In this document: one piece after another, positions 1 through 13,004 of the stretch
How positions within the stretch are numbered: position 1 is the first letter of the stretch
Layout of the letters: each line of letters starts with the position of its first letter
DNA from: Lingula anatina
Lineage: Eukaryota; Animalia; Brachiopoda
Direction of reading: 5' to 3'
DNA length: 64,000 bases
Assembly (NCBI GenBank): GCA_051362555.1
Contig: CM120644.1
Span: forward strand, 11,864,567 to 11,928,566
Made by a program: the position numbers and the translations under genes
Notes under the pieces: generated by a model
Databases searched by the model: none
Told to the model about the DNA's origin: nothing
What the model saw: the letters and a program-made list of their open reading frames with translations, nothing else

Positions 1-3000
1 CTCAGGTGTGCTTTCTGGCAATCTTTAAAGCTGAAATTGGGGGCTTTAATGAAGTGATCCGGGCGCGTTTCCACATTTTTTATGAATGACAGGTGTAGTA
101 AATTGATTTTCATCACTTTTTGGAAAAAATTGGTGACGGGTCATTTTTGGGTGATTTTGAGTGATTTTCGTAAGGTCCGGATATGGCAGTTTTCTTCAAT
201 TTTGGCCAGGTAGGGATGAAAAATTTTTTTCTTCAATATTGTGTCAGGTAAGTGTGTTTGGTCATTTGTTGTGAGGGTAAAGTACTGGAAGAGTGGTTGT
301 GTCATTATTAAGGAAGAAATAGAGCTAAATCTCGCTCCAACCCCCCCTCTCTCCAAATCCTGTTCTCAGGTGTGCTTTCTGGCAATCTTTAAACTCAAAT
401 TTGGGGCTTTAATGAAGTGATCCGGGGCAGTTTCCACATTTTTTATGAGTGACAGGTGTGGTAAATGGATTTTCCTCACTTTTTGGAAAAATTAGTGACA
501 GGTCATTTTTGGGTGATTTTGAGTGATTTTCGTAAGGTCCGGATATGGCAGTTTTCTTCAATTTTGGCCAGGTAGGGATGAAAAATTTTTTTCTTCAATA
601 TTGTGTCAGGTAAGTGTGTTTGGTCATTTGTAGTGAGGGTAGGTACTGAAAGAGTGATTGTGTCATTATTAAGGAAGAAATAGAGCAAAAACTCTCTCCA
701 ACTCCCCCCCTCTCTCCAAATCCTGTTCTCAGGTGTGCTTTTTGACCAATTTTAAAGCTGAAATTGGGGGCTTTAATGAAGTGATCCGGGCGCGTTTCCA
801 CATTTTTATGAATGACAGGTGTGGTAAATTGATTTTCCTCACTTTTTGGAAAAATTGGTGATTGGTCAATTTTGAGTGATTTTGAGTGATTTTCGTAAGG
901 GTCGGATATGGCATTTTTCTTCAATTTTGGCCAGGTAGGGATGAAAAATTTTTTTCTTCAATATTGTTTCAGGTAGGTGTGTTTGGTCATTTGTACTGAG
1001 GGTAAAGTACTGGGAGAGTGGTTGTGTCATTATTAAGGAAGAAATAGAGCTAAATCTCGCTCCAACCCCCCCTCTCTCCAAATCCTGTTCTCAGGTGTGC
1101 TTTCTGGCAATCTTTAAACTCAAATTTGGGGCTTTAATGAAGTGATCCGGGGCAGTTTCCACATTTTTTATGAGTGACAGGTGTGGTAAATGGATTTTCC
1201 TCACTTTTTGGAAAAATTAGTGACAGGTCATTTTTGAGTGATTTTGAGTGATTTTCGTAAGGTCCGGATATGGCAGTTTTCTTCAATTTTGGCCAGGTAG
1301 GGATGAAAAATTTTTTTCTTCAATATTGTGTCAGGTAAGTGTGTTTGGTCATTTGTAATAAGGGTAAAGTACTGGAAGAGTGGTTGTGTCATTATTAAGG
1401 AAGAAATAGAGCAAAAACTCTCTCCACCCCCCCTCTCTCCAAATCCTGTTCTCAGGTGTGCTTTTTGACCAATTTTAAAGCTGAAATTGGGGGCTTTAAT
1501 GAAGTGATCCGGGCGCGTTTCCACATTTTTATGAATGACAGGTGTGGTAAATTGATTTTCATCACTTTTTGGAAAAATTGGTGACGGGTCATTTTTGGGT
1601 GATTTTGAGTGATTTTCGTAAGGTCCGGATATGGCAGTTTTCTTCAATTTTGGCCAGGTAGGGATGAAAAATTTTTTTCTTCAATATCGTGTCAGGTAAG
1701 TGTGTTTGGTCATTTGTAGTGAGGGTAAAGTACTGGAAGAGTGGTTGTGTCATTATTAAGGAAGAAATAGAGCAAAAACTCTCTCCACCCCCCCTCTCTC
1801 CAAATCCTGTTCTCAGGTGTGCTTTTTGACGAATTTTAAAGCTGAAATTGGGGGCTTTAATGAAGTGATCCGGGTGCGTTTCCACATTTTTTATGAATGA
1901 CTGGTGTGGTATATTGATTTTCCTCACTTTTTGGAAAAATTGGTGATGGGTCATTTTTGAGTGATTTTGAGTGATTTTCGTAAGGTCCAGATATGGTAGT
2001 TTTCTTCAATTTTGGCCAGGTAGGGATGAAAAATTTTTTTCTTCAATATTGTGTCAGGTAGGTGTGTTTGGTCATTTGTAATAAGGGTAAAGTACTGGAA
2101 GAGTGGTTGTGTCATTATTAAGGAAGAAATAGAGCAAAAACTCTCTCCACCCCCCCCCCTCTCCAAATCCTGTTCTCAGGTGTGCTTTTTGACCAATTTT
2201 AAAGCTGAAATTGGGGGCTTTAATGAAGTGATCCGGGCGCGTTTCCACATTTTTATGAATGACAGGTGTGATAAATTGATTTTCATCACTTTTTGGAAAA
2301 ATTGGTGATGGGTCATTTTTGGGTGATTTTGAGTGATTTTCGTAAGGTCCGGATATGGCAGTTTTCTTCAATTTTGGCCAGGTAGGGATGAAAAAATTTT
2401 TTCTTCAATATTGTGTCAGGTAAGTGTGTTTGGTCATTTGTAGTGAGGGTAAAGTACTGGAAGAGTGGTTGTGTCATTATTAAGGAAGAAATAGAGCAAA
2501 AACTCTCTCCACCCCCTCCCCCTCCAAATCCTGTTCTCAGGTGTGCTTTCTGGCAATCTTTAAAGCTGAAATTGGGGGCTTTAATGAAGTGATCCGGGCG
2601 CGTTTCCACATTTTTTATGAATGACAGGTGTGGTAAATTGATTTTCCTCACTTTTTGGAAAAATTGGTGACGGGTCATTTTTTGGGTGATTTTGAGTGAT
2701 TTTCGTAAGGTCCGGATATGGCAGTTTTCTTCAATTTTGGCCAGGTAGGGATGAAAAAATTTTTTCTTCAATATTGTGTCAGGTAGGTGTGTTTGGTCAA
2801 TTGTATTGAGGGTAAATTACTGGAAGAGTGGTTGTGTCATTATTAAGGAAGAAATAGAGCAAAAACTCTCTCCACCCAGTCTCTCTCCAAATCCTGTTCT
2901 CAGGTGTGCTCTCTGGCAATCTTTAAAGCTGAAATTGGGGGCTTTAATGAAGTGATCCGGGCGTGTTTCCACATTTTTTATGAATGACAGGTGTGGTAAA

Positions 3001-5958
3001 TTGATTTTCATCACTTTTTGGAAAAATTGGTGATCGGTCATTTTTGGGTGATTTTGAGTGATTTTCGTAAGGTCCGGATATGGCAGTTTTCTTCAATTTT
3101 GGCCAGGTAGGGATGAAAAATTTTTTTCTTCAATATTGTGTCAGGTAAGTGTGTTTGGTCATTTGTTGTGAGGGTAAAGTACTGGAAGAGTGGTTGTGTC
3201 ATTATTAAGGAAGAAATAGAACAAAAACTCTCTCCACCCCACCCCACCCCCCCCCCCTCTCTCCAAATCCTGTTCTCAGGTGTGCTTTTTGGATAATTTT
3301 AAAGCTGAAATTGGGGGCTTTAATGAATGATCCGGGCACGTTTCCACATTTTTTATGAATGACAGGTGTGGTAAATTGTTTTTCATCACTTTTTGGAAAA
3401 AATTGGTGACGGGTCATTTTTGGGTGATTTTGAGTGATTTTCGTAAGGTCCGGATATGGCAGTTTTCTTCAATTTTGGCCAGGTAGGGATGAAAAATTTT
3501 TTTCTTCAATATTGTGTCAGGTAAGTGTGTTTGGTCATTTGTAGTGAGGGTAAAGTACTGGAAGAGTGGTTGTGTCATTATTAAGGAAAAAATAGAGCAA
3601 AAACTCTCTCCACCCCCCCTCTCTCCAAAACTTGTTCTCAGGTGTGCTTTTTGGATAATTTTAAAGCTGAAATTGGGGGCTTTAATGAATTATCCGGGCG
3701 CGTTTCCACATTTTTTATGAATGACAGGTGTGGTAAATTGATTTTCCTCACTTTTTGGAAAAATTGGTGACGGGTCATTTTTGGGTGATTTTGAGTGATT
3801 TTCGTAAGGTCCGGATATGGCAGTTTTCTTCAATTTTGGCCAGATAGGGATGAAAAATTTTTTTCTTCAATATTGTGTCAGGTAAGTGTGTTTGGTCATT
3901 TGTTGTGAGGGTAAAGTACTGGAAGAGTGGTTGTGTCATTATTAAGGAAAAAATAGAGCAAAAACTCTCTCCACCCCCCCTCTCTCCAAAACTTGTTCTC
4001 AGGTGTGCTTTTTGACCAATTTTAAAGCTGAAATTGGGGGCTTTAATGAAGTGATCCGGGCGCGTTTCCACATTTTTATGAATGACAGGTGTGGTAAATT
4101 GATTTTCCTCACTTTTTGGAAAAATTGGTGATTGGTCATTTTTGAGTGATTTTGAGTGATTTTCGTAAGGGTCGGATATGGCAGTTTTCTTCAATTTTGG
4201 CCAGGTAGGGATGAAAAATTTTTTTCTTCAATATTGTTTCAGGTAGGTGTGTTTGGTCATTTGTAGTGAGGGTAAAGTACTGGGAGAGTGGTTGTGTCAT
4301 TATTAAGGAAGAAATAGAGCTAAATCTCGCTCCAACCCCCCCTCTCTCCAAATCCTGTTCTCAGGTGTGCTTTCTGGCAATCTTTAAACTCAAATTTGGG
4401 GCTTTAATGAAGTGATCCGGGGCAGTTTCCACATTTTTTATGAGTGACAGGTGTGGTAAATTGATTTTCATGACTTTTTGGAAAAATTAGTGACAGGTCA
4501 TTTTTGGGTGATTTTGAGTGATTTTAGTAAGGTCTGGATATGGCAGTTTTCTTCAATTTTGGCCAGGTAGGGATGAAAAATATTTTTCTTCAATATTGTG
4601 TCAGGTAGGTGTGTTTGGTCATTTATAGTAAGGGTAAAGTACTGGAAGAGTGGTTGTGTCATCATTAAGGAAGAAATAGAGCTAAATCTCGCTCCAACCC
4701 CCCCCTCTCTCCAAATCCTGTTCTCATGTGTGCTTTCTGGCAATCTTTAAAGCTGAAATTGGGAGCTTTAATGAAGTGATCCAGGCGCATTACCAGATTT
4801 TTTATGAATGACAGGTGTGGTAAATTGATTTTCATCACTTTTTGGAAAAATTGGTGATGGGTCATTTTTGTGTGATTTTGAGTGATTTTTGTAAGATCCA
4901 GATATGGCAGTTTTCTTCAATTTTGGCCAGGAAGGGATGAAAAAAATGTTTTCTTCAATATTGTGTCAGGTAGGTGTGTTTGGTCATTTATAGTAAGGGT
5001 AAAGTACTGGAAGAGTGGTTGTGTCATTATTAAGGAAGAAATAGAGCAAAAACTCTTTCCATCACCCCTTTTTTCCAAATCCTGTTCTCAGGTGTGCTTT
5101 CTGGCAATCTTTAAAGCTGAAATTGGGGGCTTTAATGATGCATACAAAGTCAATTTTTGTCACAAAAACCAACCACATTTCCACATTTTTTATGAATGAC
5201 AGGTGTGGTAAATTGATGTTCATCACTTTTTGGAAAAATTGGTGACGGGTCATTTTTGGGTGATTTTGAGTGATTTTCGTAAGGTCCGAATATGGCAGTT
5301 TTCTTCAATTTTGGCCAGGTAGGGATGAAAAATATTTTTCTTCAATATTGTGTCAGGTAGGTGTGTTTGGTCATTTGTAGTGAGGGTAAAGTACTGGAAG
5401 AGTGGTTGTGTCATTATTAAGGAAGAAATAGAGCAAAAACTCTCTCCACCCCCCCCCCCCCTCTTCAAATCTCGTTCTCAGGTGTGTTTTCTGGCAATCT
5501 TTAAAGCTGAAATTGGGGGCTTTAATGAAGTGATCAGGGCGCGTTTCAGCATTTTTTTGAATGACAGGTGTGGTAAATTGATTTTCATCACTTTTTGGAA
5601 AAATTGGTGACGGGTCATTTTTGGGTGATTTTGAGTGATTTTCGTAAGGTCCGGATATGGCAGTTTTCTTCAATTTTGGCCAGGTAGGGATGAAAAATTT
5701 ATTTCTTCAATATTGTGTCAGGTAGGTGTGTTTGGTCATTTGTAGTGAGGGTAAAATACTCTTTCCATCCCCCTCTTTCCAAATCCTGTTCTCAGGTGTG
5801 CTTTTTGGCAATCTTTAAAGCTGAAATTAGGGACTTTAATGAAGTGATCCGGGCGCGTTTCCACATTTTTTATGAATGACAGGTTTGGTAGATTGATTTT
5901 CGTCACATTTTGGAAAAATCGGAGATGGGTCGATTTTGGGTGATTTTGAGTGATTTTC
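1..5958. repeat. Tandem satellite array, ~362-bp unit, ~16.5 copies (truncated by window start)
   Basis: Anchor CTCAGGTGTG recurs at 1, 365, 728, 1090, 1451, 1812, 2175, 2536, 2899, 3275, 3637, 3998, 4360, 4723 (CTCATG), 5087, 5477 and 5791. Units are near-identical with a variable poly-C tract. The last units diverge (insertion ~5138-5178, ~48-bp deletion ~5757). Confidence 0.98.
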
Positions 5959-6618
5959 ATAATATATTCTAATATCACCTTACATGGCCATAAAACACTA
6001 ACATCTGGACAAAACGACAAAATTTTCGAAATAGTGTCGGATTTCTTAATCAAAAATGTCTGAATCTTCTTCCATTTCTGTTCTGGCGCCTACCACTCTC
6101 TCCTGATGGCCTCTTGCCCCCCCCCCCCCCCCCCCCCCCCCATTATTACCTTTCCCCCATGCCCTGTCCCTCACTCCCCTCGAATGCCACTCATGTCCTC
6201 GTCACTGTCTTTTCCTTGAATATTATTGTTATTATTATTATTAAATTTCAAATGTGAGCATATAATGCCTAGGCGAATTGCCACCTTCATTTATACTGTA
6301 TCAATATTTAACCCTCTTGAGAATAAAGATGTTTAAAAAAAAATCACCTTAAAATTGTCCGGACTTCCTGGACGAATAAATTATCGCGGGGGCTTGGTCT
6401 CTGGTTTTAAGAATTGTCCTGGCGGAAAGAACTGCATTTTCCTAATGCACTATTGATGAATTCATTTAAGGAACGGATATCATAGTAACTAGAAGTTTAT
6501 TTACAGTAATCAGAAAAACAAAAGCAAATAATAGAAAAAGGCTAAGAAAATATTCCATATTAAATGCTAACTATGTATAATTATAAAACATTTTCTATTA
6601 TTACTTTTCATTTCGTAG

Positions 6619-6668
6619 GTTTTCAAGTTTTGTCCCAGAACGGATCTGGTCCACTAATTGGCAAATAG
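6619..6668 (+). CDS. Terminal coding exon of an upstream tandem paralog of the EGF-PAN gene (rest not in window, or an orphan fragment)
   Basis: Acceptor ttttcatttcgtag|GTTTTC. Phase-1 reading (G)FQVLSQNGSGPLIGK* aligns with last exon 14551-14603 (G)FHSLSQNDGWGLHYGK*. Downstream ~6669-6945 aligns with the 3'UTR at ~14604-14965. Confidence 0.7.
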
Positions 6669-7110
6669 GTCGCCCATATCAGAAGTATGACGTCATTCAC
6701 TGATCCCGACGTCTTGAATCCCAAATGGCAGCAGCACAAACGGATATGTAACATTTCTATAACCATTTTGAACGTGAAGATCAAAACAACATGTTTAATA
6801 TGCCGACAAATTCTGCTCAGTATATTATCTATGTGTCTGTAATGCATCTGGTCATATACCTATAGCCACCCTCTGACTCAGCCGCGGCCTTGAGCGTCGC
6901 AGCGCACTTCTCTTGATAACAGCATTAAAGCAAACGTATTATTTTCAAACGTACAATAATGATCCGAAGGACCCAAACACAGTTTTTCTGCGTTTTTTAA
7001 TGTGAAACACTTATCTTGATATTATTGCAATAACATAAATAACAACTGGTAGAGCACAATCTCTTTTTGCCGCTTTGCTAACCACCCTTGACTACACTCC
7101 CTAACTTTAG

Positions 7111-7277
7111 CAGGGGCGAAATTAAGGCGTGAACTGGGTCTTCCGGAAGACGGTGAGATTTTCAAGTTTACATTGACGGGTATCTAATTTTTTCTGTCGG
7201 AAGACGGTAAAAATGGAGGATGGATCAACAATGATAATTTGGAAGACTGTCAGAAAATAACTCTGGATTTGCCCCTG
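7111..7277. mobile_element. Short MITE with CAGGGGC termini
   Basis: CAGGGGCGAAATT...GATTTGCCCCTG inverted ends; flanks ACTTTAG / ACTTTAA (imperfect TSD). Confidence 0.55.
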
Positions 7278-8505
7278 ACTTTAACGCTGAAGGTTGACAG
7301 CGATAATCGCTAATTAGTAAATTGCTGTGAGATAGTGACTTCGTAATTAAATATGATAATATAATGAACAATGGAACGGCTTACGACTAGGGTGGGATCC
7401 ACAATCTTTGCCAGCATTTGATTAAAATTGTCTGTACAGGAAATACGAGCCTCTAATTACGATGTTTCATTGTAAAAAGATATTTTGACTCTTTACTGAA
7501 TAAATTTTACTAAAGTATGTAAACCATGCAAGTAAATTCACTGGCACCAGATTGTTGTATTTATTGTTGTGATCGAGCATACTCTAAAACGGTATTGTTA
7601 GCTGATCAGGTGAGGGAAATCTATTTGAAAGTGATATTTTTCACTTCCAAAAACCACCCCAAAAGTAGCCACCTCCTCGAATTGGCAACGTTATCTGATT
7701 TACGTTTGGTGCGAAAACTTCATTTCATAACATGGCAATATTTAATCCACATTATATAAGAGAATAAGCAAAAAAATCTTAACATATATATCGATCTCTC
7801 TAAAATAAAGCTCAAATTACAAAAGCAGCCACACTGGATATTTTTATAATACCTGTATTTTTTCCAACAAGTTCGTCCCCGTATTGACAGTCTAGTACTG
7901 AGTGTCAAGGCCTACAATGTGGCAATTGCTGTATTATTCTTCACTTTCATGGGCTTACCCTATGAAAATTTTGCCTGTTCATATGTCAGCCTATAAGCTG
8001 GATTGTTTAATAGATAGAGTTCAATGCACGTCTCAAATATTGCGCAATATCTTGTACCCACGGCGCTAGGATTGCTTCATGTGACGGATATGTTGATTAC
8101 TACTAAAATGCTGTAATATGTTATCTTAATTACCATCTTGACTTTTATAGTTTTACAAATTAAGTCTAATTTTCGTTAATAAACACCAACTTTTAAAGGT
8201 ACAGAATGTAAAAACACCCAAGATTTCGGTGTGTATGTGTACTCAAGGACTGTACTACAGAATACACCAACTGAATGCTGTAGCCGCAGTAAGGTTGGCA
8301 GAAGATGGCGAACGAAAGGCTGACGAAATAATTAAAAGATAAAAAATGGACGAAATTACCAGAACAGGGTGTTATTTGCAAATTGCAAATCCCTTTTAAT
8401 GCCAATACTTAAAACTTTGGTTGGATTCTCAGGGTAGGTGTAAACTATTCCATATGTCAAGTGATGTGATAAGAAAGACGCACCTCGATAATTCCTTATA
8501 CACAG

Positions 8506-8512
8506 TATATAA
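8506..8512 (+). promoter_or_regulatory. Candidate TATA box of the EGF-PAN gene
   Basis: TATATAA 44 bp upstream of ATG 8550. Confidence 0.4.
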
Positions 8513-8549
8513 CCACAAGGAAGTGTCACCAAGTTATTGTGTAATAAAG

Positions 8550-11274
8550 ATGGCAAGGAACTGGTATCTCACTGTTTTAGTGCTTGCTGGAATTGGGTCC
8601 TGCTGGTCACAGCCAAATGCTACAGTTAGCGGTAAGTTTTGGAAATATCAGTGTAATTTTTTGCTAAGAGACTTGCGTGCAACTATATATACAAGTTTTG
8701 ACTTTGGCATGGTTGTTTTAGCACAGATGAATGTTAAACCTAGCTAAAAAGTGACTGAAACACAAATGTGATAACTGCTTTGTAACATGATCACGAATTA
8801 TTTAGATAATTGAAAATAATAAACACACATTGAGGACTTACTGATTACGTTTCTGGTTCATGCAGAAAGGATCGATGATTTGACCAAGTGGTAAACTCAC
8901 TAATATTCGCTCGTGATTGCCTTTGCACCAATCAGTGAGCGCCAAAATTCGCCATCACTTAAAGTGTTTTCACTTCGACCTACAAACAATATACAAACCT
9001 ATCAGATTCAAAGTAAGCAGGATTACTAGTTCAAACCCAAGCAGTTAATTATTTGTTCAAACGTTGAATTGTAAAGGAGGCGAACTTTTGGTGGGGAATG
9101 TTCCATTGAAACACTCTTCCAAACGCTTTCGATACCCCGAGGTATTATTTCACTTTTCATCCGTAAAAACGAATGCTTATTGCCATATCTATGCTATCAT
9201 TTCGTTATTCCTCGTCACTGTAATCTCTCTTAACTACTACGTCATTCGATCATTTTTAAAGTAATAGCATTGATATTTAAATGATTTGATGTATATCAAT
9301 TATGAAAATAATATCAACGCACATTGTCATCAATCTCTAGATCTGCTTTGAAAAAATTCTGTTTTGTGTTTTATCGTGTACACGTGGACTGCTTCTGATT
9401 TGTCTTGGGCCAAAATAAACTTATTTTTTGGTCTAAAATTTAACGTCATATTTTTGACTGAAGTACTTATTTATTAAACCTGCCCAACCAATCCTAATAA
9501 ATCCTGAACCACTCTTCACGATCAAAATATAGGCTATCTGTATAACATCTGGCTTTCTCCCGGGGATCGAAGGGCAGAGGGAGCTAGTGGCAAGGGTGAC
9601 CTGAGAAATCGGGGCACTGTTATCAGAAGGACGGGCTTGGGATGACCAATGAAGTAGGAGTGTCTAGATCATTCGAGTGTGCCTGCCAGTCATTTATGTC
9701 TGCCACTCATATGTGCCTGCCACTGTCAATTATGTCAAGGGACTAGTTTACTTGTAACATTTGAAACAGCAGCACTTGAACAACATCTATCACGATATTC
9801 TTTTGAAAACATACGCTTTATTTTATAATAATAACTATTATTTCATTCCTTTATAGACCCATGCTCCAAGTTAACATGCTATAACGGAGGGACATGCGTT
9901 CGGCGTTGGGAAAGTTATGCAACCTGTGTCTGTAAAGGCGGTTACACCGGTACAAACTGTCAATACTCCATGTATAACACGACTCCGTCAAGTAAGAGAA
10001 CGCGCATATTTTACCAATATTAAAAGTTTTCGATTGAAGTGCAAACGAGTTCATTAAAATATAATAGGAATCATGTTATTTTTATTTATTACTTTTATAT
10101 ATTCTTTTATTCTATTTGTTTTGGGGGGTCTAGAATGTTCAAAATTTCGTTTCAGTATCAACAGCAACTTCATTGTTTTCAAAATAAGTGTACCGGTGTC
10201 AGTAGTTTCAGGGCTACCAAAGGTTTTTATAGTAAACACAAGTGCTGGTGAAAATACTCCCAACAATCATTTTCAACTGTATGTAGAGGGGTTTGTTTAC
10301 CACAGAGAAAGGACAGGGACTTATTTCACAAATTTATCAGAATCGACAACAGTGTCGTTCGAAACTACTTTCGACGCGCCAATATTGTGCAAGTAGAAAA
10401 AAATCTCGTTACGACAGACCTAACTGTAGACCATTATAAGGTAATATTAGTAAATGAGGTAACATGGCAGCATAAGTTTGAAGTTAAACAAGTCTTTTTT
10501 TATCCGCAGGCAGGAGGACAACGTATCCGAACTATTGTGCACGCATCCGTTGTCAAAATGGCGGGTCCTGCATGAACAGTGACAGCGGATTCTGGTATTG
10601 CGTGTGCCAACCATTCACTAGTGGAAAGTACTGCGAATATAAAATCGGTATGTAGCTCCTTTCCTACTCATTTCCCCTTCAGACCCGTTTTTATCTTTTG
10701 CTTAAAAAATCAAATTGTTATTGCCCCTATTTACCCCTTCCTTTTTAACATACATTTATCGAATAAACACTAAACAAATCGCGGGGGTTATTAATAGGGC
10801 AAGGAGGTCGATCGTCAACTTTCTGATCGGATCTTGAAAATGTGATTTAAATAACACCCCTCCTTACAGGCACTACCAAGTATTTCAAACGTTTCAATAA
10901 GCTCTTTTACATGTTACCCAAATAAACTCCTTCGATCCCATTTTGCTATAGACAAGCCCAAAGAGACGACAGTGGCGACGCTGTCCCCGGCGATCTGTGG
11001 CGGTATTCAGTGTAAAAACGGGGGCTCATGTCAAGTGACAGACTCGGGATATGCCTATTGCATATGTCAGATACCTTATAACGGGAGATTGTGTGAAAAC
11101 AAAGGTAGATACAGTAGGTGAAGTGTTCCCGATATAGGCTTACCAAATAGTGATAATAATAATGATGATGATAAGAAGAAAACAGTGGAAAATTGCTTTT
11201 ACTACCACTAAATGATAAAAAAGAATTATGAAATAGTAATTAAAAAAAATACTTTATTAATAAATATTGTTTCG

Positions 11275-11320
<46 letters not shown>

Positions 11321-12965
11321 GAAACGGAAAAACTAGATGACGTCACTGGACGACTTTGTTACTTCTTAATTTGCGCCTGTGCAATTGTTTATTTTTAAGC
11401 CAAATAAACACATTTATACATACTTTTTCGTCTCTTTGTTTTCATTTTTTAAATAATAATTTATTTGTCCTGACAGTATTTTCACCTTCACTTTTGAGTA
11501 TATTGCAGCATGCATTGTTAAGGACTTCACTGTTGTTTGCATAATTTGAAAAGTATTTATAAATTTTATATGCACAATCGCCATTTCCATAATTATATTA
11601 TATTATATTATATTATATTATATTATATTATATTATATTATATTATATTATATTATATTATATTATATTTTATTTTATTATATTATATTATATTATATTA
11701 TATTCAAGCCTCAGTCAATTACGCAGAGACGACGACCTGGAGTACGGGTAAGTTTTATCTAAGCAATGCAATAGATTACTCTACTCTAACGGATCGTTTT
11801 ATGTGGTTTCTTTTTCATTTGTAAAAAATGTTCGTTTTGAACAACAAGCATCCAAACTGATGAACGTAAACTTGTAATAGTAGGCCCAAACGTGAAAAAT
11901 TTTTTCTTTCACAGTTGCTACAGTTGCTGCAGTAACGGATACAATCTTAAGTCCCATGTTTTTTTTATCCAGCACCCACCAAATATCCCAACTACTGTGC
12001 CTCCATCTGGTGTCAGAATGGGGGCACGTGTTATAACAGTGATAGCGGATACGGATACTGTGTTTGTCAACCTTCGACCACAGGGAAATACTGTGAATAT
12101 TATTATGGTATGAATATATCCCTATTCCACTTATATAGTTACTTTAGCCCCAATTCTCTTCCCCCTCTCTCTCTGTACGGTATAAGCCGAGATAAGTGAT
12201 TTCTACTTCCTTTAAATATTTACAGTAGGCTATAGTCCCGATTCTGTCTTTCTTTCTCTGCCACAAACATACACAAACCCCCCTCTCTCTCTCATTTTTT
12301 TAAAGAATTTTTATTGCCGGTGGACACGTGTTTGCAACCCACCCCCCACCCCCCTGTAAATCTCAATAACAAATTAAGTAAGGATATGACTAGTTCAATG
12401 AGGCCAGCTTAATTATTTGCAGATTGCAATTTACAACACATTTTTTACAGGACCCGATGGTCAAAAGACAACAACTGTGGCGTCTTTTTACAAATGTAAG
12501 TTAAAATCACCGCATTTTATTTTCATTTTTTAAATTTTTTATTTATTTATTTATTTATTTACTTTAAAAAAAAATAATAATCAGAGAATGTGTATGACGC
12601 AAAGGTAGAGAGATACCTAGCGTTTTAATTTTATCGTTTATATGTTGATTATATTTCGCATTTTTTTATATCGCCAGCCACACCACGATATGACCCATGT
12701 GTATCAAATCCGTGTCTGAATGGGGGAACCTGTAGAACCTACTCGTACGGCTACTCAGATTACTACTGTGCTTGTCCCTCGTACGCCAGCGGACGGAGGT
12801 GTCAGCTTTCAAGTGTCCAAGGTATTGAAAGACACAAAAAGCAATAGATAACCACATGACCAATAAATAAATAAAGATTACTGAAAAATAGTGAGTTGGG
12901 ATTTCAGTAGCTTTCCTTAATTAACAAGGTCTGCCATATCCAAAACCAAATTATTATTATTATTA

Positions 12966-13004
<39 letters not shown>

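Noticed and set aside
141-6053. Many repeated ORFs in the satellite
   Set aside because: Frames shift with homopolymer length and show no protein-like features; they are by-products of the repeat.
6669-6842. Stop-codon readthrough extension (57 open codons after TAG)
   Set aside because: The homologous region in the intact paralog is frameshifted and stops after 24 codons; the similarity is explained by UTR homology.
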